Below, piece after piece: positions 18,291 through 29,381 of a DNA stretch of 64,000 nt; the first letter of the stretch is position 1, and every line of letters starts with the position of its first letter. The notes under the pieces were generated by a model. It searched no databases. It saw only the letters and a list, made by a program, of their open reading frames with translations, and was not told where the DNA came from. Position numbers and translations under genes: made by a program. Source of the DNA: Candidatus Aphodoplasma sp. (GTDB lineage Bacteria > Bacillota > Clostridia > UBA1381 > UMGS1253); NCBI GenBank assembly GCA_045541115.1, contig JAZQIM010000020.1, positions 77,203 through 141,202 of the forward strand, given 5' to 3'.

Positions 18291-18965
18291 ATGGGACAGA
18301 AAGTGAATCCACATGGACTTAGAGTTGGTATAATCAAAGATTGGGACTCAAAGTGGTTTGCAAACGATAGCGTTTTTGGCGATACACTTGTTGAGGACTA
18401 TAAAATAAGAAAGTTTTTGAAAAAAGCATTGTATGAAGCAAGCGTTTCCAAGTTTGAGATTGAAAGAAAGGGCACAAAGCTCGTTGTAAACATTTACGCA
18501 GCAAAGCCTGGTATCATAATCGGACGTGGTGGCGAAGAAATCGGCAAGCTTAAGACAAAGCTTGCAAAGCTTACAAACAAGGCTGAAAATGATGTAAACA
18601 TCAACATCGTTGAGATTAAAGTTCCTGATATGTGCGCACAGCTTGTAGCTGAAAACATTGCAGCACAGCTCGAGAGAAGAATTTCCTTCAGACGTGCAAT
18701 GAAACAGTGCATTGGACGTTCAATGAAGATGGGAGCAAAAGGTATAAAGACAGCCGTTTCCGGTCGTTTGGGCGGTGCCGAGATTGCAAGAACAGAGCAA
18801 TATCATGAAGGCACAATCCCGCTACAGACCTTGAGAGCAGACATTGACTACGGTTTTGCTGAAGCAGATACAACATACGGTAAGATCGGTGTTAAAGTTT
18901 GGATTTACAAGGGCGAAATTCTTCCGGAAAGCAAAGCTTCAAAGAAAGCGGAAGGAGGCAAATAA
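18291..18965 (+). CDS. rpsC: 30S ribosomal protein S3
   Basis: [14 protein letters not shown]..., with a KH domain. Confidence 0.97.
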   Translation: MGQKVNPHGLRVGIIKDWDSKWFANDSVFGDTLVEDYKIRKFLKKALYEASVSKFEIERKGTKLVVNIYAAKPGIIIGRGGEEIGKLKTKLAKLTNKAENDVNINIVEIKVPDMCAQLVAENIAAQLERRISFRRAMKQCIGRSMKMGAKGIKTAVSGRLGGAEIARTEQYHEGTIPLQTLRADIDYGFAEADTTYGKIGVKVWIYKGEILPESKASKKAEGGK

Positions 18966-18967
18966 TA

Positions 18968-19402
18968 ATGTTATTACCGAAAAGAGTAAAATACAGAAAG
19001 GTAATGCGTGGCAGAATGAAAGGTAAGGCAACACGCGGCAACGTTGTTACCTACGGTGAATACGGTTTGCAGGCTTTAGAGCCGTCATGGATTACATCAA
19101 ATCAGATCGAGGCAGCCCGTATCGCGATGACAAGATATATCAAGAGAGGCGGTCAGGTTTGGATTAAGATATTCCCTGACAAGCCTGTTACAGAAAAGCC
19201 GGCTGAAACTCGTATGGGTAGCGGTAAGGGTTCACCTGAGTACTGGGTAGCCGTTGTAAAGCCGGGCAGAGTAATGTTTGAAATCGGAGGCGTATCAGAG
19301 GAAGCTGCTCGTGAGGCTATGCGTCTTGCGATGCACAAGCTACCAATAAAGTGTAAGTTTGTGATGCGTGAGGATAAGGAGGCGTCTGCAGATGAAAGTT
19401 AA
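18968..19402 (+). CDS. rplP: 50S ribosomal protein L16
   Basis: [19 protein letters not shown]... Start trimmed from the track ORF at 18899. Confidence 0.97.
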   Translation: MLLPKRVKYRKVMRGRMKGKATRGNVVTYGEYGLQALEPSWITSNQIEAARIAMTRYIKRGGQVWIKIFPDKPVTEKPAETRMGSGKGSPEYWVAVVKPGRVMFEIGGVSEEAAREAMRLAMHKLPIKCKFVMREDKEASADES

Positions 19403-19583
19403 TGAAATCAGAGATTTAACTACTGAAGAATTGGGTGTTAAATTAAGCGAGCTTAAAGCAGAGCTTTTCAACTTAAGATTTCAAAATGCTACAAACCAAC
19501 TTGATAATCCGATAAAGATTGCAGATGTGAAAAAGAGCATTGCAAGAGTTAAGACAATAATCCGCGAACGCGAATTAGTCTAA
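19392..19583 (+). CDS. rpmC: 50S ribosomal protein L29
   Basis: [31 protein letters not shown]... Overlaps the end of rplP. Confidence 0.95.
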   Translation: MKVNEIRDLTTEELGVKLSELKAELFNLRFQNATNQLDNPIKIADVKKSIARVKTIIRERELV

Positions 19584-19622
19584 CGGATATGGTTTGTGTA
19601 TTTATGAAAGGAGGAAAAAGCT

Positions 19623-19883
19623 GTGTCTGAAGAAAGAAATCAAAGAAAAGTAAGAATCGGTAAAGTTATAAGCAACAAAATGGATAAGACTATAACTGTA
19701 GCGATTGAATATAACGTAAAACATCCACTTTACGGCAAAATCGTAAAGAAAACCTACAAATTAAAGGCGCATGATGAGAACAATATATGTGGCATCGGCG
19801 ATAGAGTAAAGGTAATGGAAACAAGACCGCTTTCCAAGCAGAAGCGTTGGAGATTGGTTGAAATCGTTGAGAAGGCTCAGTAA
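19623..19883 (+). CDS. rpsQ: 30S ribosomal protein S17
   Basis: GTG start after AAAGGAGG; ...[19 protein letters not shown]... Confidence 0.96.
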   Translation: MSEERNQRKVRIGKVISNKMDKTITVAIEYNVKHPLYGKIVKKTYKLKAHDENNICGIGDRVKVMETRPLSKQKRWRLVEIVEKAQ

Positions 19884-19913
19884 TAAATCAGACTGAGGAA
19901 GGAGGAGATTTTC

Positions 19914-20282
19914 GTGATCCAACCACAAACAAGAATGAAGGTTGCTGATAACACGGGTGCAAAAGAGATTATGTGTATTCGTGTAATGGGCGGCGGAAAA
20001 AGAAAGTTTGCGAATATAGGCGACGTAGTTGTTGCCAGCGTTAAAAAGGCAACGCCCGGCGGTGTTGTAAAAAAGGGTGACGTTGTTAAAGCTGTTATCG
20101 TACGTTCAGTAAAGGGCGTAAGAAGAAACGACGGTACACATATCCGTTTCGATGAGAACGCAGCTGTTATAATTAGAGATGATAAGAACCCAAGAGGTAC
20201 ACGTATCTTCGGGCCTGTTGCAAGAGAGCTCAGAGATAAAGAGTACATGAAGATTTTATCATTGGCACCCGAAGTATTATAA
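19914..20282 (+). CDS. rplN: 50S ribosomal protein L14
   Basis: [24 protein letters not shown]... Confidence 0.97.
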   Translation: MIQPQTRMKVADNTGAKEIMCIRVMGGGKRKFANIGDVVVASVKKATPGGVVKKGDVVKAVIVRSVKGVRRNDGTHIRFDENAAVIIRDDKNPRGTRIFGPVARELRDKEYMKILSLAPEVL

Positions 20283-20297
20283 GGAGGTGGCGAGACG

Positions 20298-20624
20298 ATG
20301 AATAATAAGCTTCATATAAAGTCAGGCGATACAGTAGTAGTATTGTCAGGCAAGGATAAAGGCAAAAAGGGCAAGGTTTTGAGCGTAAATCCTGAAGACC
20401 GCAAGGTAATCGTTGAAGGTGTTTCGGTAGCTTCAAGACACACAAAGCCGAGAAAAGCAGGAGAGACGGGCGGTATTCTTAAGAAGGAAACTCCTATCTA
20501 TGCTTCAAAGGTAATGCTCGTATGCAGCAAATGTGGCTCCGCCGCAAGAACGGGCCGTAAGATTTTAGAAGATGGTAAAAAGGTTAGATATTGCAAAAAG
20601 TGCAACGAAACGTTGGACGACTAA
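20298..20624 (+). CDS. rplX: 50S ribosomal protein L24
   Basis: KOW motif IKSGDTVVVLSGKDKGKKGKV. Confidence 0.96.
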   Translation: MNNKLHIKSGDTVVVLSGKDKGKKGKVLSVNPEDRKVIVEGVSVASRHTKPRKAGETGGILKKETPIYASKVMLVCSKCGSAARTGRKILEDGKKVRYCKKCNETLDD

Positions 20625-20648
20625 TCTAATGTAAAAGGAGGTTAGAAA

Positions 20649-21194
20649 ATGGCAAGGCTTAAAGAGTTTTACAAAGACCAAGTGGCTCCTGCACTTATGC
20701 AGAAGTTTGGATATAAGAGCGTAATGCAGATTCCGAAGCTTGATAAGATCGTTATCAACATCGGTTTAGGCGAGGCGCGTGATAACCCGAAGGCAATTGA
20801 AAGCGCTGTAAGCGATCTTGCTCAGATAACAGGTCAGAAGCCGATTATCACAAAGGCAAGAAAATCAGTTGCTAACTTTAAACTAAGAGAAGGTATGAAC
20901 ATCGGTTGCAAGGTAACGCTCCGCAACGAAAAGATGTATGAATTTCTTGACAGATTCTTCAATGTAGCACTGCCGAGAGTTCGTGACTTCCGCGGAATCA
21001 GTGCAAATTCTTTTGACGGCCGCGGCAACTACTCAGTAGGTATTAAGGAGCAGTTGATATTCCCTGAAATCGATTACGATAAGATTGATAAAATCAGAGG
21101 TATGGATATCATAATGGTTACCACCGCAAAGACAGACGAAGAGGCTCGCGAGTTATTGACACTTATGGGTGCTCCGTTCATGTCGGCAAATTAA
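20649..21194 (+). CDS. rplE: 50S ribosomal protein L5
   Basis: [31 protein letters not shown]... Confidence 0.97.
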   Translation: MARLKEFYKDQVAPALMQKFGYKSVMQIPKLDKIVINIGLGEARDNPKAIESAVSDLAQITGQKPIITKARKSVANFKLREGMNIGCKVTLRNEKMYEFLDRFFNVALPRVRDFRGISANSFDGRGNYSVGIKEQLIFPEIDYDKIDKIRGMDIIMVTTAKTDEEARELLTLMGAPFMSAN

Positions 21195-21209
21195 GGAGGT
21201 ACATGGTAA

Positions 21210-21395
21210 ATGGCTAGAAAAGCGATGATTTTAAAACAGCAGAAGGCTCCCAAGTACAGCACACAGGCATATAACCGCTGTAAGATTTGCGGAAGACCGC
21301 ATGCTTATTTAAGAAAGTACGGCATTTGCCGTATCTGCTTTAGAGAACTTGCTTACAAGGGTCAAATCCCGGGAATCAAAAAGGCAAGCTGGTAA
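21210..21395 (+). CDS. rpsZ: 30S ribosomal protein S14, type Z (zinc-binding)
   Basis: 61 aa with [10 protein letters not shown]...CRICFRE. Confidence 0.96.
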   Translation: MARKAMILKQQKAPKYSTQAYNRCKICGRPHAYLRKYGICRICFRELAYKGQIPGIKKASW

Positions 21396-21490
21396 TCTAT
21401 AGCAAACATATACAGATATGTAAATTAAATTGCTTTGACAGTAGTGCATAAGCTGTCATGGCATCCAAGTTTTTGGAAGGAGGTAAAAAA

Positions 21491-21889
21491 ATGCAAATTA
21501 CAGATCCTATTGCAGACTTGCTAACACGTATCAGAAACGCAAGTTCAGCAAAACACGAAACGGTTGACATCCCCGCTTCCAATATGAAAAAAGCGATTGC
21601 GAAGATTTTGTTGGATGAAGGATATATAAAGAATTTCCAGATTATTGAGGATTCAAAGCAGGGCATTATCAGAGTTACCTTAAAGTATGGCGAGAACAAA
21701 TCTAAGGCGATTACAGGCATTAAGAGAGTATCACGCCCCGGACTTCGTATATATGCGGGTGCGGACGAGCTTCCGAAGGTTCTTCGTGGACTCGGTATTG
21801 CAATTATTTCAACATCAAAAGGTATTATGACTGATAAAGAAGCTCGTGCAAATCACATCGGCGGCGAAGTGCTGGCATTTATTTGGTAG
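21491..21889 (+). CDS. rpsH: 30S ribosomal protein S8
   Basis: [17 protein letters not shown]... Start trimmed from the track ORF at 21458. Confidence 0.97.
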   Translation: MQITDPIADLLTRIRNASSAKHETVDIPASNMKKAIAKILLDEGYIKNFQIIEDSKQGIIRVTLKYGENKSKAITGIKRVSRPGLRIYAGADELPKVLRGLGIAIISTSKGIMTDKEARANHIGGEVLAFIW

Positions 21890-21927
21890 TATATCGCTTT
21901 GAGTAATAAATAGGAGGTGTAACACAA

Positions 21928-22473
21928 ATGTCCAGAATTGGTAACAGCCCTATTGAGATCCCCGCAGGTGTGGATATCAAAATTGAGGCTGAAAATGTAG
22001 TGACTGTTAAAGGACCAAAGGGTACATTAACAAAGAAGCTACACAAAGATATGATAATTGAAAAACAAGACAATACAATAATCGTAAAAAGACCTTCTGA
22101 GGATAATGAACACAAATCCTTGCACGGACTCACAAGAACACTTATAAATAACATGGTAGTTGGTGTTACGGAAGGATTTTCAAAGACTCTCGAAATCAAC
22201 GGCGTAGGTTACAGAGCAGCAAAGCAGGGCAATAAGCTCTCGCTTACTCTCGGTTTTTCACATCCGGTTGATATGGAGCCTACAGATGGTATTACGATTG
22301 ACGTGCCAAACCCGAACCAGATTATAATTGGCGGAATTGACAAGCAGAGCGTTGGACAGTTCGCTGCAAAGGTTCGTGAGAAGCGCCCGCCTGAGCCGTA
22401 TAAGGGCAAGGGTATTAAGTACGCTGATGAAACCATCAAGCGCAAAGAGGGTAAAGCAGGCGGCAAAAAATAA
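21928..22473 (+). CDS. rplF: 50S ribosomal protein L6
   Basis: [20 protein letters not shown]... Confidence 0.97.
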   Translation: MSRIGNSPIEIPAGVDIKIEAENVVTVKGPKGTLTKKLHKDMIIEKQDNTIIVKRPSEDNEHKSLHGLTRTLINNMVVGVTEGFSKTLEINGVGYRAAKQGNKLSLTLGFSHPVDMEPTDGITIDVPNPNQIIIGGIDKQSVGQFAAKVREKRPPEPYKGKGIKYADETIKRKEGKAGGKK

Positions 22474-22491
22474 GAAAGGAGTGGATTTTAA

Positions 22492-22845
22492 ATGGTAAAC
22501 AAAAAGTCAAGCAATAAAGCAAGATTAAAGCGCCATTTGCGTATCAGAAAAAAGATTAAAGGTACAGCGCAGTGCCCGCGTCTTAGCGTATTTCGCAGTC
22601 TGAAAAACATGTATGCGCAGCTTATAGATGACGAAAACGGTGTAACAATCGTATCCGCTTCAAGCCTTAAGGACAGCTCATATGGTGGCAATGTTGAGGC
22701 TGCAAAGGAAATCGGTAAAAAGCTTGCCGAGGAAGCTCTTGCAAAGGGCATCAAAACAGTTGTATTTGACAGAAGCGGCTACATTTATCACGGAAGAGTT
22801 GCTGCTCTTGCTGAAGGTGCAAGAGAAGGCGGATTAGAGTTTTAA
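22492..22845 (+). CDS. rplR: 50S ribosomal protein L18
   Basis: ...[26 protein letters not shown]... Confidence 0.96.
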   Translation: MVNKKSSNKARLKRHLRIRKKIKGTAQCPRLSVFRSLKNMYAQLIDDENGVTIVSASSLKDSSYGGNVEAAKEIGKKLAEEALAKGIKTVVFDRSGYIYHGRVAALAEGAREGGLEF

Positions 22846-22862
22846 TAAGAAGGAGGGATACC

Positions 22863-23366
22863 ATGCAGGAAAGAATAGACGCAGAAACACTCGATATAAA
22901 AGAAAAAGTTGTTAATATAAGCCGTGTCGCAAAGGTTGTAAAGGGCGGTAGAACTTTTCGTTTCAGCGCACTTGTTGTAGTTGGTGACGAAAATGGTCAC
23001 GTTGGTTACGGTACGGGTAAATCAGCTGAAATTCCGGATGCCATAAGAAAAGGTATCGAGGATGCTAAAAAGAATATGATTACTGTTCCTATGGTAGATG
23101 GAACTATTCCGCACGAGGTAGTAGGCGTATTCGGTGCAGGAAAGGTGCTCATTAAGCCCGCTGCACAAGGTACAGGCGTTATTGCCGGCGGTCCCGCCAG
23201 AGCGGTACTTGAGCTCGTTGGTATAAGAGATATAAGAACAAAATCTCTTCGTTCCAATAACCCCAGGAACGTGGTAAGAGCCACAATCGATGGTCTTGCT
23301 TCGCTTACATCTGCTGAAGAAGTAGCAAAGAAACGCGGCAAGAGCGTTGAAGAATTGTTGGGTTAA
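22863..23366 (+). CDS. rpsE: 30S ribosomal protein S5
   Basis: ...[27 protein letters not shown]... Confidence 0.97.
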   Translation: MQERIDAETLDIKEKVVNISRVAKVVKGGRTFRFSALVVVGDENGHVGYGTGKSAEIPDAIRKGIEDAKKNMITVPMVDGTIPHEVVGVFGAGKVLIKPAAQGTGVIAGGPARAVLELVGIRDIRTKSLRSNNPRNVVRATIDGLASLTSAEEVAKKRGKSVEELLG

Positions 23367-23379
23367 GGAGGAAAAGTAA

Positions 23380-23568
23380 ATGGCTGGAGCAAAAACACTT
23401 AAAATTACGCTCGTTAAAAGCACAATCGGCCGTAAGGATGACCAGATTGCAACTGTTAAGGCACTTGGTCTTCATAAGATCCGTAGCGTAGTTGAGAAGA
23501 AGGATACTCCTCAAATAAGAGGTATGATTAATAAGGTTTCTCATTTGGTCGAGGTAGAGGAAGCTTAA
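23380..23568 (+). CDS. rpmD: 50S ribosomal protein L30
   Basis: 62 aa: ...[25 protein letters not shown]... Confidence 0.95.
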   Translation: MAGAKTLKITLVKSTIGRKDDQIATVKALGLHKIRSVVEKKDTPQIRGMINKVSHLVEVEEA

Positions 23569-23600
23569 TTCTAACTTAAAACAAAAGGAGGTGCAGCAAA

Positions 23601-24041
23601 ATGAGACTCGAAGAACTACAACCTGCACAGGGTTCAAAGTTTGTGGCAAAAAGAAAAGGCCGCGGTCCGGGTTCGGGTAATGGTAAGACAGCTGGTAAGG
23701 GTCACAAAGGTCAAAACGCACGCAGTGGCGGTGGCGTAAGACCGGGCTTCGAAGGTGGCCAGATGCCTATTTACAGACGTTTGCCAAAGAGAGGCTTTAC
23801 CAATATTTTTGCTAAAGAATATGTTACTATTAACGTTGAAGTACTTGATAAATTCGAAAAAGGTACTGAGGTAACAGCAGAGCTTTTAAAGGAAACGGGA
23901 ATCATCAGCAAGGTAAAGGACGGAATTAAAATTCTTGGCAGAGGCGAAATTACAAAGCCTTTGACAGTAAAAGCCGCTAAGTTTACCGAATCGGCTGTCA
24001 GCAAGATTGAAGCGGCAGGCGGAAAGGCTGAGGTGATATAA
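23601..24041 (+). CDS. rplO: 50S ribosomal protein L15
   Basis: [38 protein letters not shown]... Confidence 0.97.
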   Translation: MRLEELQPAQGSKFVAKRKGRGPGSGNGKTAGKGHKGQNARSGGGVRPGFEGGQMPIYRRLPKRGFTNIFAKEYVTINVEVLDKFEKGTEVTAELLKETGIISKVKDGIKILGRGEITKPLTVKAAKFTESAVSKIEAAGGKAEVI

Positions 24042-25328
24042 TTGTTTAAGACAATACGTAATGCCTGGGCAATACCGGATTTAAGAAAAAAGATGCTTTT
24101 TACTATCATGATGCTTATCGTATACAGACTCGGCAGCGTTATTCCGGTGCCGGGATTAAGCGCTGAAGCTATGGCAGCTTTCATGGCGCAGGATGGCGGT
24201 ATGGGTTTGTTTACACTTCTTGATACGTTCACAGGCGGTGCGTTCTCAAATGCAACAATATTTGCAATGGGTATTACACCGTACATCAATGCATCAATTA
24301 TTATGCAGCTTTTAGCAGTTGCAATTCCTGCACTTGAAAGAATGCAAAAAGAAGGCGAAGAGGGAAGAAAGAAGATCAACAGCATTACAAGATACGGCAC
24401 AGTTGTGCTCGCACTTATACAGGCAATCGGTCTTTACTTCACACTTAGAGCTTACGGTGTTGTTGCAAACCCGGGCTTTATGTCACTTGCAACAATCATT
24501 CTTACATTTACTGCAGGAACAGCGTTTATCATGTGGGTTGGTGAAGAAATCACAGATAAAGGCATAGGTAATGGTATTTCACTTATCATCTTTGCAGGTA
24601 TCGTATCAAGATTACCGCAGGCAGCGATGACGCTATACAATCAGTTCTTAGGTGCTAACCTAACGATTATGAATGCAGTATGGTTCGTGCTCATCTTAAT
24701 ATTGAGTGTAGTTATCGTAGGTTTTGTTGTATTCATGAACGAAGCTGAAAGACGTATACCTGTTCAGTACGCAAAACGCGTTGTGGGCAGAAAAATGTAT
24801 GGCGGACAGAGCACAAACATTCCGATTAAGGTCGCTATGGCAGGCGTTATTCCGATTATCTTTGCGTCGAGCATAGTTTCCTTCCCGGCAACAATCGCAC
24901 AGTTTGCCGGCGGAATTCCGCAGGAAGGCTTCTGGCACGGTTTCTTTGAAATAATGTCACCGGGCGGATGGCTTTATGCGATACTTTATTTTGTGCTTAT
25001 AATCTTCTTTACGTATTTTTATACTGCAATGCAGTTTAATCCTGTTGAAATGGCTAACAACATCAAGAGAAACGGTGGTTTTGTACCGGGAATCAGACCT
25101 GGCAAGCCCACAAGCGACTATATCGCAAAAGTTCTTAACAGAGTAGTATTAGTTGGCGCTCTGTTCTTGGCAGCAATAGCGGTACTGCCGATGCTGTTTA
25201 GCGGAGTTATTCCGAGCATGATGCTTGGCGGTACTTCACTATTGATCGTTGAAGGCGTTGCGCTCGAAACTGTTAAGCAGATCGAGTCACAGATGCTTAT
25301 GCGTCATTACAAGGGATTCCTTGATTAA
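24042..25328 (+). CDS. secY: Preprotein translocase subunit SecY
   Basis: 428 aa, 10-TM-type profile. TTG start abuts the rplO stop. Contains ...GITPYINASIIMQLL... Confidence 0.96.
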   Translation: MFKTIRNAWAIPDLRKKMLFTIMMLIVYRLGSVIPVPGLSAEAMAAFMAQDGGMGLFTLLDTFTGGAFSNATIFAMGITPYINASIIMQLLAVAIPALERMQKEGEEGRKKINSITRYGTVVLALIQAIGLYFTLRAYGVVANPGFMSLATIILTFTAGTAFIMWVGEEITDKGIGNGISLIIFAGIVSRLPQAAMTLYNQFLGANLTIMNAVWFVLILILSVVIVGFVVFMNEAERRIPVQYAKRVVGRKMYGGQSTNIPIKVAMAGVIPIIFASSIVSFPATIAQFAGGIPQEGFWHGFFEIMSPGGWLYAILYFVLIIFFTYFYTAMQFNPVEMANNIKRNGGFVPGIRPGKPTSDYIAKVLNRVVLVGALFLAAIAVLPMLFSGVIPSMMLGGTSLLIVEGVALETVKQIESQMLMRHYKGFLD

Positions 25329-25405
25329 AAAACGTTTAGAAGTATAGCTAAAAGGCAATAATTTATGTTGACATTTTATGATGTTCATAAAAGAGGTGGA
25401 ACAAA

Positions 25406-26041
25406 GTGAAGTTAGTATTTTTAGGCCCTCCCGGGGCAGGTAAAGGTACGCAGGCAGCATATATTGCTGAAGCTGCTAAAATTCCTACGATTTCCACCGG
25501 GGCAATGCTTCGCGAGGCAATTGCGAACAAAAGCGAGCTCGGAACAGTCGCTGAAGGATTTATCAGCAAGGGCGAGCTTGTGCCGGACGAGGTTGTCATC
25601 GGAATTGTAAAAGAAAGACTTACGCATGATGATTGCAAAAACGGATATATCCTGGATGGATTTCCGCGCACAGTCGCACAGGCAAAGGCGCTTGACGCAA
25701 TGTTACCTGATGCAATCGACATAGCTCTTTCTCTTGAAGTTGAGGACGATAAAATTATCGAAAGACTTACAGGAAGACGCGAATGTGAAAAATGTAAGGC
25801 GACGTTTCATATAGTAAACAATCCGTCGTCAAAAGGTGAAGTGTGCGACAAATGTGGAGCGAAGCTTATACAAAGAGCTGATGACTCTCCCGAGACGATT
25901 AAAAACCGCATGAGCGTGTATCATGCGCAGACAGAGCCGATTAAGGACTACTACAAGGATTGCGGAAAGCTCACATGCATTGATGGTGTGGGTAGTGTGG
26001 AGGAAATCAGAGCGGCGCTGTTTAAGGCACTTGGCCTTTAG
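25406..26041 (+). CDS. adk: Adenylate kinase (zinc-lid type)
   Basis: P-loop GPPGAGKGTQ; lid CEKC...CDKCG; GTG start after AGAGGTGG. Confidence 0.96.
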   Translation: MKLVFLGPPGAGKGTQAAYIAEAAKIPTISTGAMLREAIANKSELGTVAEGFISKGELVPDEVVIGIVKERLTHDDCKNGYILDGFPRTVAQAKALDAMLPDAIDIALSLEVEDDKIIERLTGRRECEKCKATFHIVNNPSSKGEVCDKCGAKLIQRADDSPETIKNRMSVYHAQTEPIKDYYKDCGKLTCIDGVGSVEEIRAALFKALGL

Positions 26042-26050
26042 GAGGCAATT

Positions 26051-26794
26051 ATGATTACGATTAAGTCACATAACGAACTTGAGTTGATGCGCAAGGCAGG
26101 AAAAATTGTAGCTGGCACATTTGAGACGCTTAAGCGTTATATAAAGCCGGGAATTACTACAAAAGAGCTTGACAGGATTGCTTATGATTATATAAGAAGC
26201 AACGGCGCAACTCCATCATTTTTGAATTATTCCGGGTATCCTGCAAGTATATGCACATCTATAAATGATTGCGTTATACACGGTATACCGGGTGATACGA
26301 AATTATGTGACGCAGATATTATAAGTATAGACATCGGCGCATGCTATAAAGGATATCACGGTGACAGTGCAAAAACGTTTGCTGTCGGAAATATCAGCGC
26401 CGATGCAAAGCGCCTCATTGATGTCACAAGACAGAGTTTTTATGAGGGCATAAAATTTGCAAAAAGAAAGAACCGAATCGGCGACATTAGCTCGGCGATA
26501 GGTGAGTATATTGAGTCAAATGGCTTTGGAGTTGTAAGAGATTACACAGGCCATGGTATCGGGAAGAACTTGCATGAAGATCCAAGTGTATTAAACTTTG
26601 GCAGAGCCGGACACGGTCCGCGACTTATGGCGGGCATGACAGTTGCGATAGAGCCTATGGTAACTGCAGGTGATTACGAGGTATATGTTGAAGATGACGA
26701 CTGGACAGTAATGACGCAAGACGGTAGTCTTTCAGCGCATTATGAGCATACAATCCTGATAACAGATGGCGAGTGTGAGATTCTTACACTGTAG
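26051..26794 (+). CDS. map: Type I methionyl aminopeptidase
   Basis: 247 aa with a readable pita-bread fold metal ligand pattern (D...D...H...E...E). Confidence 0.95.
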   Translation: MITIKSHNELELMRKAGKIVAGTFETLKRYIKPGITTKELDRIAYDYIRSNGATPSFLNYSGYPASICTSINDCVIHGIPGDTKLCDADIISIDIGACYKGYHGDSAKTFAVGNISADAKRLIDVTRQSFYEGIKFAKRKNRIGDISSAIGEYIESNGFGVVRDYTGHGIGKNLHEDPSVLNFGRAGHGPRLMAGMTVAIEPMVTAGDYEVYVEDDDWTVMTQDGSLSAHYEHTILITDGECEILTL

Positions 26795-26820
26795 AGCAGG
26801 GCTGAATATGAGGTGATTTT

Positions 26821-27096
26821 TTGGATATCTGTATTGGAAGCGTTGTAATTTCCAAGGCGGGACGCGACAAAGGCCGATTTTTCGTTGTTGTTTCGGCAGA
26901 CGATGAGTTTGCTTATCTATGCGACGGAGATTTGCGAAAATGCGATTCGCCGAAAAAGAAAAAACGCAAACACCTTGCGGTTACAAATACAGTTTGTGAT
27001 TTTATAGGTGATAAGATAAAGGATAACAAAAAGGTTACAAACACAGAAATCCGTCGTGCATTGGTGGAGTTTTGTGAGAGAAACGAGAAGAACTGA
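26821..27096 (+). CDS. KOW-domain small protein conserved between map and infA in Clostridia
   Basis: 91 aa with the KOW-like motif IGSVVISKAGRDKGRFFVVV. TTG start 5 nt after GAGGTG. Confidence 0.65.
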   Translation: MDICIGSVVISKAGRDKGRFFVVVSADDEFAYLCDGDLRKCDSPKKKKRKHLAVTNTVCDFIGDKIKDNKKVTNTEIRRALVEFCERNEKN

Positions 27097-27111
27097 AAGG
27101 GGGCTTTATCC

Positions 27112-27330
27112 GTGGCAAAGGAAGATATGATTGAAATCGAAGGTACCGTGGTTGAAGCACTGCCGAATGCAATGTTTCAGGTAGAGCTTGAAAATGGGCA
27201 CAGGATACTTGCTCACATTTCAGGCAAGCTTCGAATGAACTTTATTAGAATTCTTCCGGGCGATAAGGTAACAGTTGAACTTTCGCCGTACGATTTAACA
27301 CGCGGAAGAATCACATGGAGAGCAAAATAA
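27112..27330 (+). CDS. infA: Translation initiation factor IF-1
   Basis: [30 protein letters not shown]... Confidence 0.97.
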   Translation: MAKEDMIEIEGTVVEALPNAMFQVELENGHRILAHISGKLRMNFIRILPGDKVTVELSPYDLTRGRITWRAK

Positions 27331-27534
<204 letters not shown>

Positions 27535-27789
27535 TGAGTTTAATTTAGACCCAGGGTGCGGAGGCACCAAAAACACACTAATTTGTAAATAATCCGAAAT
27601 TGTCGCGGCTGGATGCGAAAGCGTCTGACAATGGCGGGTTTTGAGCCTAGTGAGATTAAAATGCAGTGGCTTCGTATTTTAGTGTAAGGCTATATTAAGA
27701 CCCATTCGGGTCTTGCGGGCACGAATCGTGTGTCCGGGCGGATGTATGTCCGCGAAGAAAACAAGAGCTTAATTTGGAGGTGTAAAAGT
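27535..27789 (+). promoter_or_regulatory. Unusually long (255 nt) hairpin-rich spacer upstream of rpsM; candidate alpha-operon leader
   Basis: Hairpins include GGTGC-GGAG-GCACC, ATTGTC...GACAAT enclosing GATGC-GAAA-GCGTC, AAGACCC-ATTC-GGGTCTT, and GCGGA-TGTATG-TCCGC. No credible ORF. Confidence 0.4.
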
Positions 27790-28158
27790 ATGGCAAGAAT
27801 AGCCGGAGTTGACTTACCTAGAGAGAAGAGAGTCGAGATTGGACTTACTTATATCTATGGTATAGGCAGAAGTGCGGCGAGCAAAATCCTCGCAGCAACA
27901 GGTGTAAACCCCGATACAAGAGTTAAGGATTTGAGTGAAGAGGACCTTGGAAAGCTTCGTGAAGCTATTGACAACGGTTACACAGTTGAAGGTGACCTTC
28001 GCAGACAGGTAGCACTTGATATCAAGAGACTCATGGAAATCGGATGTTATCGTGGCATAAGACACAGAAAGGGACTTCCTGTTCGCGGTCAGAGAACAAA
28101 GACGAACGCAAGAACAAGGAAAGGACCGGCAAGAACAATTGCTAATAAGAAGAAGTAA
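27790..28158 (+). CDS. rpsM: 30S ribosomal protein S13
   Basis: [26 protein letters not shown]... Start trimmed from the track ORF at 27730. Confidence 0.97.
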   Translation: MARIAGVDLPREKRVEIGLTYIYGIGRSAASKILAATGVNPDTRVKDLSEEDLGKLREAIDNGYTVEGDLRRQVALDIKRLMEIGCYRGIRHRKGLPVRGQRTKTNARTRKGPARTIANKKK

Positions 28159-28178
28159 TAAAGGAGGGAATAAGCTAA

Positions 28179-28580
28179 ATGGCTAAAGCAACAACTAAGA
28201 AAACCACTCGTACAAAGCGCAGAGATAGAAAAAATATAGAAAAAGGCGCGGCTCATATTCGCTCCACGTTTAACAATACTATTGTAACAATCACGGACGT
28301 TGCAGGAAATGCAATTTCATGGGCAAGCGCGGGCGGACTAGGATTCAGAGGTTCGCGTAAAAGCACTCCTTATGCAGCACAGATGGCTGCAGAAACAGCT
28401 GCAAAAGCAGCTATGGAGCATGGCTTAAAGACTGTTGAAGTATACGTTAAGGGTCCGGGTGCGGGCAGAGAAGCTGCGATTCGTGCGCTTCAGGCAGCAG
28501 GTCTTGATATCAATATGATTAAAGACGTTACGCCTATTCCGCATAACGGATGTCGTCCTCCAAAGAGAAGACGTGTTTGA
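28179..28580 (+). CDS. rpsK: 30S ribosomal protein S11
   Basis: ...[30 protein letters not shown]... Confidence 0.97.
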   Translation: MAKATTKKTTRTKRRDRKNIEKGAAHIRSTFNNTIVTITDVAGNAISWASAGGLGFRGSRKSTPYAAQMAAETAAKAAMEHGLKTVEVYVKGPGAGREAAIRALQAAGLDINMIKDVTPIPHNGCRPPKRRRV

Positions 28581-28688
28581 TTTTTAGTTTTATGTACGCT
28601 GGTGCATAAAATGCGTAGAAATGGATGCGCTGCAGTTTACGTTATGTAAAAGATGTGGCGAGATTATTAACGGAGGTGTAAAAAATAC

Positions 28689-29309
28689 ATGGCTAGATAT
28701 ACTGGCGCAGTTTGCCGTCTTTGCCGTAGAGAAGGTCAAAAGCTTTTCTTGAAAGGTCAAAGATGCTATACTGATAAATGTTCTGTAAAGAGAGGAACAC
28801 CCGGTCAGCACGGTCAAAGCAGACGTAAGCTTTCCGAGTATGGTGTTCAGCTTCGTGAGAAGCAAAAGACAAAGAGATATTATGGCGTATTGGAGAGTCA
28901 GTTTAGAAAGTATTTTGAAATGGCTAACAAGATGAAGGGCGTTACAGGTGAAAACCTCCTTTCAATTCTTGAAAGCAGACTCGACAACGTAATATATCGT
29001 TTAGGTTTTGGTACATCAAGAGCCGAAGCAAGACAGCTCGTATTGCACGGTCACTTTGATGTAAACGGCAAGAGAGTTGATATTCCTTCATATCTTGTAT
29101 CACCCGGTGAAGTTATCTCAATCAGAGAAAACTCAAAGAAATCGGCAAAGATTAAGGAAGTTTTAGAAATCACAGAGTCAAAGCTTGTTCCTGAGTGGCT
29201 CGAGCTTAACCGTGATTCACTCGAAGCAAAGGTTGTTTCACTCGCAAAGAGAGAGCATATCGATTTGCCAATCGAGGAGCACTTAATCGTCGAGTTGTAC
29301 TCCAAATAA
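28689..29309 (+). CDS. rpsD: 30S ribosomal protein S4
   Basis: [26 protein letters not shown]... plus an S4 RNA-binding domain. Confidence 0.97.
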   Translation: MARYTGAVCRLCRREGQKLFLKGQRCYTDKCSVKRGTPGQHGQSRRKLSEYGVQLREKQKTKRYYGVLESQFRKYFEMANKMKGVTGENLLSILESRLDNVIYRLGFGTSRAEARQLVLHGHFDVNGKRVDIPSYLVSPGEVISIRENSKKSAKIKEVLEITESKLVPEWLELNRDSLEAKVVSLAKREHIDLPIEEHLIVELYSK

Positions 29310-29381
29310 TAGACTTATATTTATTAGTTTTATTTGTTGGAGTAGGGTATTTTGGCCCAATAGGGCAAGGAGGGATATTGC

